Shown: positions 13,076-25,400 of the stretch, piece by piece
Layout of the letters: every line of letters starts with the position of its first letter
How positions within the stretch are numbered: the first letter of the stretch is position 1
Source: Daphnia carinata
Taxonomy: Eukaryota
Reading direction: 5' to 3'
Assembly: GCF_022539665.2 (NCBI RefSeq)
Contig: NC_081333.1
Location: forward strand, 9,362,001-9,426,000
Length of the DNA stretch: 64,000 bases
Translations under genes and position numbers: made by a program
The notes under the pieces: model-generated
Databases searched by the model: none
What the model was told of the DNA's origin: nothing
Seen by the model: the letters and a program-made list of their open reading frames with translations, nothing else

Positions 13076-13531
13076 TTAGGCCTTGATGTTGAGGAGCATC
13101 TTCAATTGATTGGATATTTCTTGGAACTGTTCTTTGTGGTATGTAGCATTTGAGGTGGTCCAGTGAGGTGGAGGTTTAGGAAGACTGGCCGCCGCTGGAG
13201 CCTCACTGAATTTTGCACCCGCATAGAATAGCCCATTGGTTGATGGTGATGCTCGGTTGGGACTTGATTTGGAAGAGGTGTATGAGTGTGAGCGAGGGCT
13301 ACCAGATTGGACGCTTCTTGGTGAACCATAGCGTCTTCTTGCACCAGATTCAGGAATGGCAATCGGCTGAGCAGTAGGTGTCCTGCTTGCCCTGTTAGGG
13401 GTCACAGCCGCAGAGGACTGGCTTGAAATGGCCATGTCCTCTATGGGATTGCCCGTGGACGTCGAGCAGGCACGGCCCCGTCTAACTCCACCGTTGTTAA
13501 GGCTACTCTTGGCAGTAACCATGATTCTCAT
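13076..13531 (-). CDS. PNRC2: Proline-rich nuclear receptor coactivator (PNRC family)
   Basis: Single coding exon with the PNRC motif FYAGAKFSEAPAAASLPKPPPHW and a C-terminal ISNQLKMLLNIKA helix. Start is ATG 13531 or 13522. A probable 5'UTR intron donor lies at 13670. Confidence 0.88.
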   Translation of the reverse strand: MRIMVTAKSSLNNGGVRRGRACSTSTGNPIEDMAISSQSSAAVTPNRASRTPTAQPIAIPESGARRRYGSPRSVQSGSPRSHSYTSSKSSPNRASPSTNGLFYAGAKFSEAPAAASLPKPPPHWTTSNATYHKEQFQEISNQLKMLLNIKA

Positions 13532-15838
13532 CACTTCTATCTTGATATTATTCAGCAAACAGCAAACAAGTATTTTTCTTCTCTTGGTTCCGAATCGACC
13601 TCAACTACATAAACATTTCAACTTTTTAAAAACAACTAAAAAAATTAATTTGCAACTATATGAGCGCTTACCTGTTGATGAGATCACAAAACACAACGAA
13701 AAAGGCGAATATGGATGATAACGCGCAATACACACAAGTGGCCGTAAATATACAGGCTTGACGCCACCAAACAAAGGAGCAAGATGGCGGCGGGGACGCA
13801 ACGGCGACCTGCTTGGGTTTTTCCACTACGCGATATATACGACGGGTATTGAATAGTAGATGGAGTTGATGTGCTTGGGAGGAGAGAAAGGCAACGTTTT
13901 CTCTTACCGACGACACACAAACGAGAAAGAACTTTCTTCTCTCGTTGTCTTCTTCCTTCGAAACAAAACTGTTCTTCGAAAACAAGTTTGGTTCTAATTG
14001 CGCAATATTGCCCAATAAATGACTCGCTGAAAAATCTCTCTTACCCCTTTCTTGACAAATCGAATAGCAGTTAACCGTATTTCAAAAACGAATTTTACAC
14101 AGGGGCTAAAAAAGAGAGGAACGAATCACAAAAGATTTTTTTTAGAAATTTCCTTGTCTTTTACAAAGGCTCTGACTTCGCGTCTAACGACTTAAACACT
14201 TCCCGGCTAACTGACTGAAGGTTGGCCAGCGGGCGCTTGGCTTGCGTCGATGGCCTACATGACGAGAAAAAAAATTCCCCAAGGCCGGATGTGCAGTTTT
14301 CAGAAGAACAAGGGATGGAGCTAATTTTTCCCTTATGGCAGAGCCACCTGGCGATCTTTGCTATTTCGTCATAAATTATTAGTTTTCAACGCTAATGCGC
14401 CAACTTTTGCATTTCGAGGCTACTAAATAGAATTGGAACATTGTTTTAAAATAAACTTAACAACAATAATTTGTGCATTTTTGATGTATTGTTTAATTTT
14501 CTTTGTCTATTAACGAATTTTCTAGATGGCGTTAGTCGACATCAAGCTTTTTCTCTTTGTCCCTCAGTAGCCAATGAGAATAAGGCTGGCAGGGATCACG
14601 TGATGTCTGACACACCAAGGAGAAAACAAGGACAACGTTGATTTTCTTATTATTCAAAAACGTACAAACAGCGAAGCAAGAAAGTATGATAGCTTATTCG
14701 CAGGTTCTCTATTTCGGCAAAAAAAAATTCCCCGGTGATCTGATTCAACTACTTCCAAAAAAAGAATGAAATGAATACATGTTAAAGCCTGAGTAATGGT
14801 AGTTGTGCACACTAGCCAATGTCGAAATATTTTCCACCGTCATAGAAACAGGAGTGTGGGCTGATATTTCGAAAGCCCCTGGAGTCTCTCCTTTCCGCTC
14901 CCAACGTTGCCAAATGCTGCACCAAGATGGCGGTTGAAATAAGCTCCAGGCACCCTCCTCTGCCAGTAGAGATAGCACGGACTCATGGTTTTGGTTTCTC
15001 CCTGCGTCGAGCGCGCGAGTTCAGTCTTGGTCAGTAAGCTGCCGGAGGTAGTCGAAAGTGAGTTTTCGCGCGCCTGTGTGGAGTGTGTGTGTGCATCGTG
15101 CGGGCTACGTCACGCAGCTGGGCCATATCCAACTTGAAAATATCGAATGATTGCATATATATAGTTTTTCTCTGATTCATGAAACTCTCTGGACATGAAT
15201 TGGTGTGTTGTGGATCGAATTGTTGAAGAATCATGATAAGTCGTTAGATCGACCGAGACCCAAAAGTGCAGTCTGTGCGAACCACGTTGTTGCCGCCATC
15301 GCCGCTAGTTTGTCGCTCGTCGAGCTTGGATATATATCTTTGTTCGTGCAGAACTTCAAGTTTATAGGATAACATATTACCAATTGAGGTAAAGATAAAA
15401 AGAAAAGCATAAAATGTGATTGTTGAATTCAAAGTCTGACGTGAGAGCTACGTTTTTGCAGCATGAAAATCGATTTCAGATGGAGGGATTCCGGTCCTGC
15501 GCTGCTTGCTTTGGGGGAAAGGTTCCTACTACACAACTTGGAAAGGGGAGGGAGAGAGAGAGAGAGAGTCTAGAAGGTGATGGCGGAAGGGTAGTACTAG
15601 AAGTAGTCATCGCAGATTGGGAATGCTAATCAAAATAAAGTTGTCTACGTTTCTTTCAAGTGGAAGTAGTCCTTTTTGGGTTTACTAAAATGTTGTGTTG
15701 TAGGATATAGAAAAGCGAAAGAAAAACTGGAAAATGTGAAAAGGAGCGCGCGGAAGAAAGCGCCTTTTTTCCACTCTCGCTTAGGCAACTTTCCCACTTG
15801 TATATCCAGCCATCCGCTTTTACTCCGCCCACCTCTCT

Positions 15839-15848
<10 letters not shown>

Positions 15849-15876
<28 letters not shown>
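15849..15876. repeat. (TC)n microsatellite within a pyrimidine-rich (GAGA-type) tract upstream of the RNF38/44-like gene
   Basis: Directly visible tctctc run. Confidence 0.9.
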
Positions 15877-15880
<4 letters not shown>

Positions 15881-16342
15881 TCGTCTCTGTATTCCGTCTT
15901 TTCTCTTCTCTCTCCCTGTATCCCGCCGTCTCTCTCTCTTCCTTCGTTTCTGGGTTCCCACCCGGAGGCTATCTGGCTTCCAGCAGTGCAGGTGCAGGGC
16001 CCGGCAATTTGGCTCCGCCAGTGTTGACCAGAAAATCCTCCTTCTCCTCCTATTCCTCCCCTCTTTTCTCTGCCAAGAAAATATAATAAGACCCGAGGGT
16101 GTAGGGTGAACAAGTGGTGGTGGTTGGTAGAGAGAAGGTCTTTGAAAAAAAAAAAAAGGAAAATTACAAGACAGAAACCCCCCAAAATAAATTAAATTTT
16201 ATCTCATCCGGTCTGGTTCTCTCTTGCGTTTAAAAAAATAATATTATATATTAATCTTTTTTTTTCTTTCAACCGTTCTACTTTTTTTTTTTAGTTGAGG
16301 CCAATCTTCAAGAAAACAACTCTTAAAGCAATACAAATTTGA

Positions 16343-19300
16343 ATGGAGTCTTCCCACGTCGGAGGGTCGTCGGCGACCAACAACAGCAACGCCCGTTCGT
16401 CTCCTCTTGGACTTCGAACTCTGACCGGTAATTATCATTTTGACATTTAAATTACATATCTTTTGTGTACGCATATTCCCTTTAGGAAGCAAAACATTGC
16501 ACCGTGTTCCAGGAAGAGATTAAAATCTCTTTTGTTTTGAAATTTTTTGTTTTTTTTAAATATTTTTAATCCCGAAAAAGATTCAGTCGTGGTCAGAAGG
16601 TCTAAAAATAGGGTTCCAAGATGTCGCTGGTTGTTTTTATCCCTGACCCGGGGGGTACTCTTGTGCCAAAAAGGGTGTACCCCAGACAAACTCAGACATA
16701 GTATAAAATGTTCCGCGATTGAATTCCTGGATATTGTGTTAAGCCTGAAAAAGGTTTTTTTTTCCCTTCGTGTGATATTCATCCCCACTGTGTCAAGAAG
16801 AAAAATTGGGGGTCTGCTAGGAAAATTACTGTTCGAAGATTTTTTCTTTTTTTAAAGAGGGGGTAGAAGCCTGGAGGGAGACTTAACCCTCGCGCTCCTC
16901 CCACTCTTTGTTAAAAATGTTTCTTTTGTGAACCCGGAAAAGCTTTGTACTTTTTTCAGTCCTAGCCGTTCGAAAAAGAAACTGTCAAAAAATCAGCGTA
17001 GTTGGTTGGTAACTTAAACTTGAAGATATTAAAATTTATCATCGAAAATAAAGTTGGACTATTTGATTGCCGAACCCCTTACCGTTGACGGTATAACATT
17101 TTTGAAATGTAATAATCCAGGAGGATCGTGCATACGGTAGCTGACGATAAATCAATTGATTGGATTAGATATGCCCTAGCAGGAAGCCTAAGCTTTATGC
17201 ATATTAAATACAGCTTGAACGTTGGGTTCAGTTTCTAAAATAAAATTTCGAATCTAAATTTAAAGAACCAGAAAGAAAAAAAAGGGCTGCTGTCCGATAG
17301 GTTGTGTGAACTCTGACCTCAAGCCTCGTATTTCATGTCACCTGCACCCCCCCTGCATCCCCCGTTTCCCTCCTGCTGAAATAATTCTTTTCTGGTTTCA
17401 CAAAAAGAAAAGAAAAATAAAGCAAAAAAAGAAGTCTTTTCAGTTTCTCCCAACCCCATCTCCTACCGAGTCCCTCCGCCAACCTCCTTTCTTTTCCTTT
17501 TTTTTTTTTTTTTTTTTTTTTTTGTATATCGACCCGCTCTCTCCCGACAATACGAAGATTGGGTACAAAAGGGAGCTGATGAATAGAAGTGGGTAGAGAA
17601 AGAGAACCCTCCTCATCCTCCTCCGGGGAAAATGCAGCAGCGAACGCACTAGGTACTTACTTACTACCCGGGGGAGGGCAGACACACATCGCTTAAATGC
17701 GCTATGTATTATGTATAAACGCAATCATCTTTAAATACGATATTCTTGATGTATTTAGAAAGAAAAACAAAATTCTTTAATTCTTTTTTCTTTTCGTTTC
17801 GTAGATTTGATTCCAGCAGCTGGTAGGCTCAGTCCTGTCCCATTCTATCGCGTTGCCAATTCAAGATCTCAGCAAGAAACCAAGGTAATAGAAAATTCAA
17901 TAAATATAACAATTGGGAATAGTAGTAGTAGTCGTTGTTGTTGTTGTTGTAATAATAATAAATTCGGCACAGATCAAATCGCCGAAAAAAAAACTTTTTA
18001 TTGGATGCATGACGAGACAGAAAGCTCTTTCCGATGAACGTTTGTGAAGTTATTGATGGAGGACCCCCTCCTGTTTGAGCTAACAAGCGTTGCCAATGTG
18101 CGTACAACAAAAAAAAAAAGAGGAAGACGTAGGACCTATATAGCACTAAAATGTTACTAAAAAAGAAGACGGCGGTGCTCTTAGAAATCCCCCCTCTTTC
18201 TTTGAAAAAAAAAATCCCGCCTCTGATACATACGAATTTTTATTAGTAGAGTGTGACTAAATTTTGAGAGACCTCTCGATTTCGGATTTATTTTTTTTTC
18301 TCTTGTCGATCGAGAGGAAAAAGGGGTCCGCCCTTCAATTCGTTTTCTCTTTACAACCGGCATTGTAGTAATACAATTTTTTTATGATGATGATCTCAAA
18401 AAAAAAAAACGGTACGACCCAATTTCGAGTCATCCCTTATTCAATTCAAAGTCGTCTAAAAACGAAGCATAAGACTTATCTTATAATTCGAGATAAAAAA
18501 AAGACATTAAACTTAATTTTGTATTTTTCTTTTAAAAAATGATAACACGTAATAGGCGAGTACGAGTCCTAGTAGGAAAAGAGCTCGACTGGCCTCGGGA
18601 GGTGGAGGGGCGGTTGTGATGGGTAGCGGCGGCGGAGGGGGTGAGTCTCGCACTACGCCGTCCCCGCCACTCTTGTCGGCGCCTCAGCCCGTTGTTGCAC
18701 CATCGCCCCATCCCAGGGAGCGTGAGAATCACAATCCGCACGCTGGAGGTCCTGGCGTTCCTGGAGATCGCGAACGACGGAGGCACTCGTCTAGAAGTTC
18801 TGCCCGTTGCGTCCCCAGGTGAGTACTTGGTTGGAATGATTATGCTCGTTAAATTAAAAATCGTTCAATTTTAAATTTGATTTTAACGCGATGAAATGGA
18901 TATCTGAAATTCTAGTCCGCATTTGAGACGGTGCCGGTACCGTGATGGCAACGGTGGAACTAGCGCTTCTAGCGGCGGCCAGAGACCAGGAGCTGGCCCG
19001 TCTCAACATCAGCAACAACAGCAACAGCCTCAACAACATTCGCCCGGCAACAGCGGCGCCAACAACGGGTCGGGTGGTAGCAATAACAACGGCGGCGGCC
19101 AGCAGCTCGCTGCCCAATCGGCGGCGGTGGCAGCAGCGGCGGCAGCGGCCGCGGCCGCCCTTCATTCGGCTTCCTCCCATCACAATAACCCGGGAATGGT
19201 GCTCGACTTGAGCCAGGTAATGCCCTTTCAGGGCTCATTCGTTATATTATACAACACATACAAATGTGTGTCTGGAGCGGATGCGTCTGTGTTGTTGTTG

Positions 19301-19766
19301 TTGCTAACCGGTCGATCCCCTTTTGCGCGACCTCCGCGCCATCTACCGCCTCGTTATTGAACATCAACCCTCGGAGCTTACCAGTGAAAATCCGACGTTT
19401 TTCCTTATCAGTTTGGCTATCTTCTTCGTCATTGTGGCCTAGAAAAGGAGTGGGTACCTTTAAAGTTAAAGTAATTTCGAGTCTAGAAAACAACTTTCCG
19501 GGCCAGGCAGACCAGCGGTGAAAACGCGCCAGAAGAAAAAGGCACGATCTTTTTTCGTTCTTTTTTTTTTTTTTTTTCTAGTTAGATTGTTATTCTGCAC
19601 GATTCGAAAAAAAAAGAGATGGAGAGGGGTGGAGCTACGAAATGAAAACAATAATAGTACGTGTACTACGGCCCCAGAGAGGAGGAGGTGCAAGAATGCG
19701 TCTTTTGGCTCCGTTTCAAGGACGGGCCAACAAAACACGGAAGAGAGCCAAAAGATAGAAAGGGAG

Positions 19767-19814
<48 letters not shown>

Positions 19815-22800
19815 TGGATAACGGAGCTGTGTGGAAATCAGCTGACGAGGGGCGAAGTTTAAAAGAGAAGAGAAGTAAATAGAAGAAGGAAAGAAAACAA
19901 AAATACGAGTAGAAAGAGAGAGAGAGAACTGGATGTGCTCGTCTGTGTACTGCGCAGCTCCGGAGTTGTTGTCGATAGTCCCTTCTATGTTTCTCCCTCT
20001 GCGCTCAACTGCGCCGTCGCCGTTTTGTCCGTCGATCTGAAAGCGGAGCGGCCATTCCTCCAGCCCGTTTCATTCCACATGGATTTCGTATATGCGCGTG
20101 TGTGTGTGTGTGTGTGTGTATATATACATACACACACGGCATGACAGAGAGAAACGGATCGATGACGCCATCGCTGCACGTTTGCACGAAACACAAACCC
20201 TAGGACCAATAATAATCATCAGGTCATCTGGTTTCCGCCACGGCAAGGCCAAATTTCAAATACTTTCAAATTTTTCGCTCGCTTCATTTTTTTTTCTCGT
20301 AGCGTCTTTAAAACAAACGCATTTTTATGCGAGGCAATCTCGATAAGATAAGACCGAAAGAATTTCTGCCCTGAATCGAGGGAGTAACGAAAGGAAATCT
20401 GGTTAATTTGATGAGACGGGGTGGGCAGGATGTCACTGACGTAGTCGCTGCCAAAAAGGAAGTAGCACAGTGCTGCGCAGTAAGATATGAGCAGCAAACG
20501 AAAAAAAAAAAGAAGATAAAAAGGCAACGTCAGTGAGAGGCAGCCGCACGGTAATGGCTTCAACTGTGGGTGTAGTTTTGTGTCCGTAAGGTCCCCCCCC
20601 CCCCCTTGTATTCAGAACCTTGGCCCAGGAACGAAGAAGGAGCCACAATCGTGTGTTGGTGGCCGACTAGTCCGTTTCGTTTTGTTGTGTACATCTTTTT
20701 TTCGTGCAGGGGACCGTGATGTGTTTAAATATAATGTGGGTTGAATGTTGTTCCAGTTGTTGGTGACCTGTTAAAACAAGAGATTCCGTCCTGACGGGGA
20801 CACAACTACACCGATAGGCGCAAATACTTTATTTTGTATTCGCCTTGTCGTAAAGTCGGAATTTAAATTCGGAATGTCCTCTCCTGTTTCTATTTTGGCA
20901 GGATTGAATTAAGGAATTTCGATCTTTTTTTTTTTTTATTGGTGGTGTATGTGGTGTGTTCTCTGTTCATTCTACTACTACTCTGCCTCTTCAAGGACGT
21001 CATAGGCAAACCCGCCCTTCTCTCAGCCCACACCTCCCCCCTCCCGCCACCCGAAAAGTGTGTCGTCGATCGATTCCGTTTTCTCTGCTTCTCCGTGTGT
21101 GTTGTGTGTGCGCGCTCCGCTAGTGCCCGCCGCCGCCATCAGTAAGGGTTCCTTTCTCCTCCGCTCCATCCCGATGATTGTCTCCGTGTGCGATCTCTGT
21201 AACAATATCATCGTCATACAGAACTGGCTATGCTGATCTGCGCCATGCCCTACACCCGACACGGTGTCGATACGGGGGCAGTGAGTGTCCTTTCCCTCAT
21301 TACGGTAGGCCATTTCGGCCCCCCCAAACCTCCTTTTCTTTTTTTATTTTTAAATCCAGCTCCGCTATTTGTATTGTTTGGTTTTCATCTATTGCACAAT
21401 ATATTTCTAACGAATAAATAATTATTTTCACAGGTCCCCGTCTCGATTCCGGTCAACCTGCCGCCCCAGTTGAATTCGTTGTACTCGGCTGCTGCGGCGG
21501 CCGCTGCGGCAGCGGCCGTGGCGGCCCACGGTCCCGGTAACCACGGCAATCACGGTCCACTACCTCCTCTGTGCACGAGCGCTAGCGGTGGAGGTGGTGG
21601 CAGTAGCGGCGGAGGCCCGCATCACATGTCTCAGAATCCCAATTGCCATCAGCAAGTCCATCACCAAGCTCTGTATGGCTGCACTGGCGGCCATCAGCAC
21701 CACCTGCCGGCCTCTACGCAACTCCACCAGCTGGCCTCTTGCTTGCCTCCTCCTCCGCCGCCTCCTCCACAACACCAGCATCATCAACACCACCCGCACC
21801 ATCACCCTTACACGCCCATCTACCACCACCATCATCACCATCCGCACCACCATCACCACCATCACCACCAGTTGGCCGGCCATCCTTTAGCCGGTCCGTC
21901 ACAGGGCCATCAGCCTTTACAGGTTACCTCGCTCGGCGTTGGCATCGGCGTGGGCGTCGGTGTAGGAGTCGGCGTCGGTATGGTCCAGCCGGCTCACAAC
22001 CAACCCCCCTTTGCTCACGTTCCTCCGCCAACATTGCTCCAGCAGCGGACAGCAGAGTCGGACTACCGCCGAGCTGCTGCCGCCGCCGCTGCCGCAGTCG
22101 GTCCATCCGCCTACTCTCAGGCTGGATCCTTCAACCCTATGCCTCTCAATCCCGCAGCTTCCTCTATCGCCTCTTCATCTTCCTCTTCCTCAACCTCATC
22201 CTACGGCCACGTCCGTCAGCAGCAACAACAGCAGCAGCAACAACAACAACTCTCCCTCCACCACCAACAATCCATGTCGTCCTTGGCCTCCAGCGGAGGA
22301 GGACGGCTGTCGCTCAACAACCAAGGGGGGTACACCATTACGGGCCATTCGAATCCAGGTGCCACTCAGAACCATCCAGGTCTCAATCAACTCCAAGGCC
22401 ATCCCTTCTTCGTCCACGACGGTCTCCTGCACCATCACCACCACCACCATCAGCAGCAGCAACAGCGTTTGCGAAGAAGTCGCCAAAACAACAACAACAA
22501 CAACAATAACAATAATAACAATGGGATGATGGCTGCTGGAAGCAGTAATTCCGGCTCAGCCGCAGGTTCGTCCTCATTAGGAGCTTCGTCTTCATCCAGC
22601 GCGTCCATCGCGGCAGTAGCGGCCAATGCGGCCACGGTGGCATCCATGTCGGCTGCGGCCGCAGCTGCAGCTGCTAGAAGAGTATGGCGATCAGGACCGA
22701 CAACCGTTCCACCTCCGTATCCTGGATTCCTGCTCTCTTTCTTGTAAGATTTTTTGATTTTGAAATATGTGTTTGAGTTGGACGTTAAAAATAATCGCGC

Positions 22801-23397
22801 TTTAAAAAAAATGTAGGGCAATGTTGTCTAATCCGCCGCTGAATTATGGACCCGATTTGGGAGCAGCATCCGCCGATCCCGTCGAGACTGAAAACTACGA
22901 AGCTCTTCTCAATCTGGGTAAGGATACAGTTGTTTTCGATAATATTGCCGGTTATACGTTGTTTGAATGGCTTCAGAAATAAATAACATTTTCGTGCGTT
23001 TTCTTTTAATAGCCGAACGGTTGGGCGAAGCGAAGCCCCGAGGATTGGCCCGGACGCAGATCGATCAGCTGCCGTCGTATCGATTTTCTGGCGAGATCGA
23101 AGAAGGTGGTCAGAGCACTTGCGTCATTTGCATGTGCGAATTCGAGACTCGTCAGACGCTTCGTGTTTTGCCCTGTAGCCACGAGTATCACGCCAAATGC
23201 ATCGACAAATGGCTCAAGGTAAATTGCATTGATCCACACACACAGCGCGGGGTGTCCCAGTTATTGATCGCTTCCCTTCCCCATTTGTTATTTAGCTTAA
23301 TATTTAAATTTTACTTTTTTTTTTCATTTGACAGTCGAATCGTACCTGTCCCATTTGTCGTGGCGATGCATCGGAATTCTTTCACAGTCTGGAATAG
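16343..23397 (+). CDS. RNF38: RING-H2 E3 ubiquitin ligase, RNF38/RNF44 (Drosophila murashka-like) family
   Basis: Confident exons: 18556-18818, 18916-19216, 21434-22743, 22817-22917, 23013-23218, 23335-23397. Motifs: [52 protein letters not shown] and the RING [38 protein letters not shown]. The 5' exons 16343-16427, 17587-17652 and 17805-17884 are phase-compatible but tentative. RNF38 versus RNF44 cannot be resolved. Confidence 0.88.
19772..19812. repeat. (GA)~20 microsatellite in the RNF38/44 intron
   Basis: Directly visible. Confidence 0.95.
20097..20137. repeat. Compound (TG)n(TA)n(CA)n microsatellite
   Basis: Directly visible run of tg, ta and ca dinucleotides. Confidence 0.85.
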
Positions 23398-25400
23398 AAT
23401 TTAAAAGCAGCGTGTCTTCAGCAGGATGATTAAAATTTTTTTCTGCCCCCGTTTTATCAGCCTGAACGCCATTCACCTCTACCTTCTGCGTCTGTGTACC
23501 ACACAATCTTCACCACACACACACACACTTGGCTTTAGTGTTTCTGAAAGCAAAAGCAAATCTTCCATAATTTCGTCTTTTGATTTTATCCTTTTGAAAA
23601 TTGGTATTTTCGTCTCTTGTAATCGCACGGGATACTTTCCCATATTAAAAAAAAAAAAATCTACAAAAAATGATGTATTGTGGCATGTAACCCGTCATCG
23701 GTCCTTTTTAGTTTGGGAGCTTTCTATCCTAAAAAGAAAAAAAATGAAAAAAAAAAAAAAAATTTCTGCCGGATGTTGTTGTCCCTTGTAGGCGAGCTTG
23801 TTGATCTCACCGTTTTTCTCAATGAATCTGCTGCTCCAAATCCACCATTGAAATCCCAACCCGCCATATTGTTAACACTATATAGTAGAAGAGAACTACA
23901 ACTTTGCTCCTCGTACGTAGGCATTCCGTCACACTCCCCTCGAATCCATCTGGCTCCAGCACGCGCTATTTCATTTTTTTTTTTTTCCATCCGTCTTTCT
24001 TTCTTTAATTTTTTATTTATAAATTTCTTTTGCGTCCTATTTGTCAACATTCGTGAGAATGACTGGTCGCTGTGATAGATATTGCCATCTAGCGTCTGGG
24101 CTTGCAGTTTATCTGGGGATTAAACCAACCAATTAACTTCTAATGATTCAAATTTAATTCATTATCAAATATGCCATTCGTTTATGTGTTTTTAGGATAA
24201 TAGCTATGGTTAGAAAGAAAGCCACCTATTCAATCCAATTTTTTGGGGGGGATATTATTTTTTTCTTCCCTTCGTTGGTTCCAGCGAATCAAGTTATTTT
24301 TGAATTCCGTACAATCCACCCCATGTTTCAAAATAGACAAAATCGGGTACACATATTGGTTCGCTTGCTATACATATACCTCCTACCCCGAGTCCATCTT
24401 TTCTATCACTCATTTTTTTATTGCCATCGTTTCTTTCTTCCTTCCCCGCAAAAAAAAACGTCGAGTGCAAGTGTTGTCTATATTATTATTGTTACACAAA
24501 TTACAAAAAAAAAAACCTACCTACCACTGGCCTAATGAATCACGCGTTAAATTTATTTTCTTCTTCCTCAATGGATTCTCACCCACTCTGAGATGATGTA
24601 ATTATTTCGAAATTTTGCCGTGGTGTCTCATCCATCCTCTTCTCTCTACTTTTCTTCAAATAATCTTGTGTGTCTTGTAACTGTTTCGTTCCTCAACCGT
24701 TCAGCTAATAATCCCTCTATCGTGAGAGAGGGTCAGTGCAGTATCCTTTTACAAAACACACTGCTCTCTTCTCTATCTCTTCGTACACTTGTCTATTAAA
24801 CAAACGATTGTAAATCCTTTTTGCTCGCCACATTGTTTTCTGTTCTTTTTCTTGTGTGTTACTGAATTGATCGTTTTCCTCCTCTTCATCCCATCTTTGT
24901 TTGTCAATCCTTTTTTTTCGTCTAATGTTTCGCTCCTGTCCCTCTCGAGAGCTCGAGAGAAGTTTTTACATATTGGAATATGTTTTGTTTGTTTGTTTGT
25001 TCGTTTCTTTTTTTTTTGGTAATTCTTATTCAAGTACTGTTTCATTACAAAAAGTAAGTACAGCGTGCGTGTTGTAGTGATGTCCAAAAAACAACAGTGT
25101 GTTGCCTTGGTGGAACCCTAAACTATAATGGGTTGCAGTTTTCTAAGTTTGTCCGATTGTTCCATGTTCGTCTCATCTTAACCCAATACATGCTCTCGTT
25201 GATCAAACCGCAAAAAAAAGTTTGTTTCATTCACGGTTGTAGTTTGTAAATAAAGACGCATTTTCTTTGCCAGGCAACATAAAACAAAGTATAATGAACG
25301 CACCAGAAATATTTTGAAGGGAATTTTAAAAGAAAAGGGTTCTTTTGTTGCAGAGTGTACACGAGTAAAAGGGTTAAGGCGTCATGGATCCAAATTGTGT

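Noticed and set aside
13668..14015. 115-aa minus-strand ORF upstream of PNRC
   Set aside because: TTG start, no recognisable motif, and it lies in the probable 5'UTR exon.
21560..22821. Long overlapping alternative-frame and antisense ORFs (e.g. 288 aa at 21643-22509)
   Set aside because: By-products of GC-rich trinucleotide repeats in the RNF38/44 exon; no independent splice or start support.
23398..25400. Possible overlapping 3'UTRs of the convergent RNF38/44 and NCAPH genes (AATAAA at 25249)
   Set aside because: Earlier ATTAAA signals exist, so transcript ends cannot be fixed from sequence alone.
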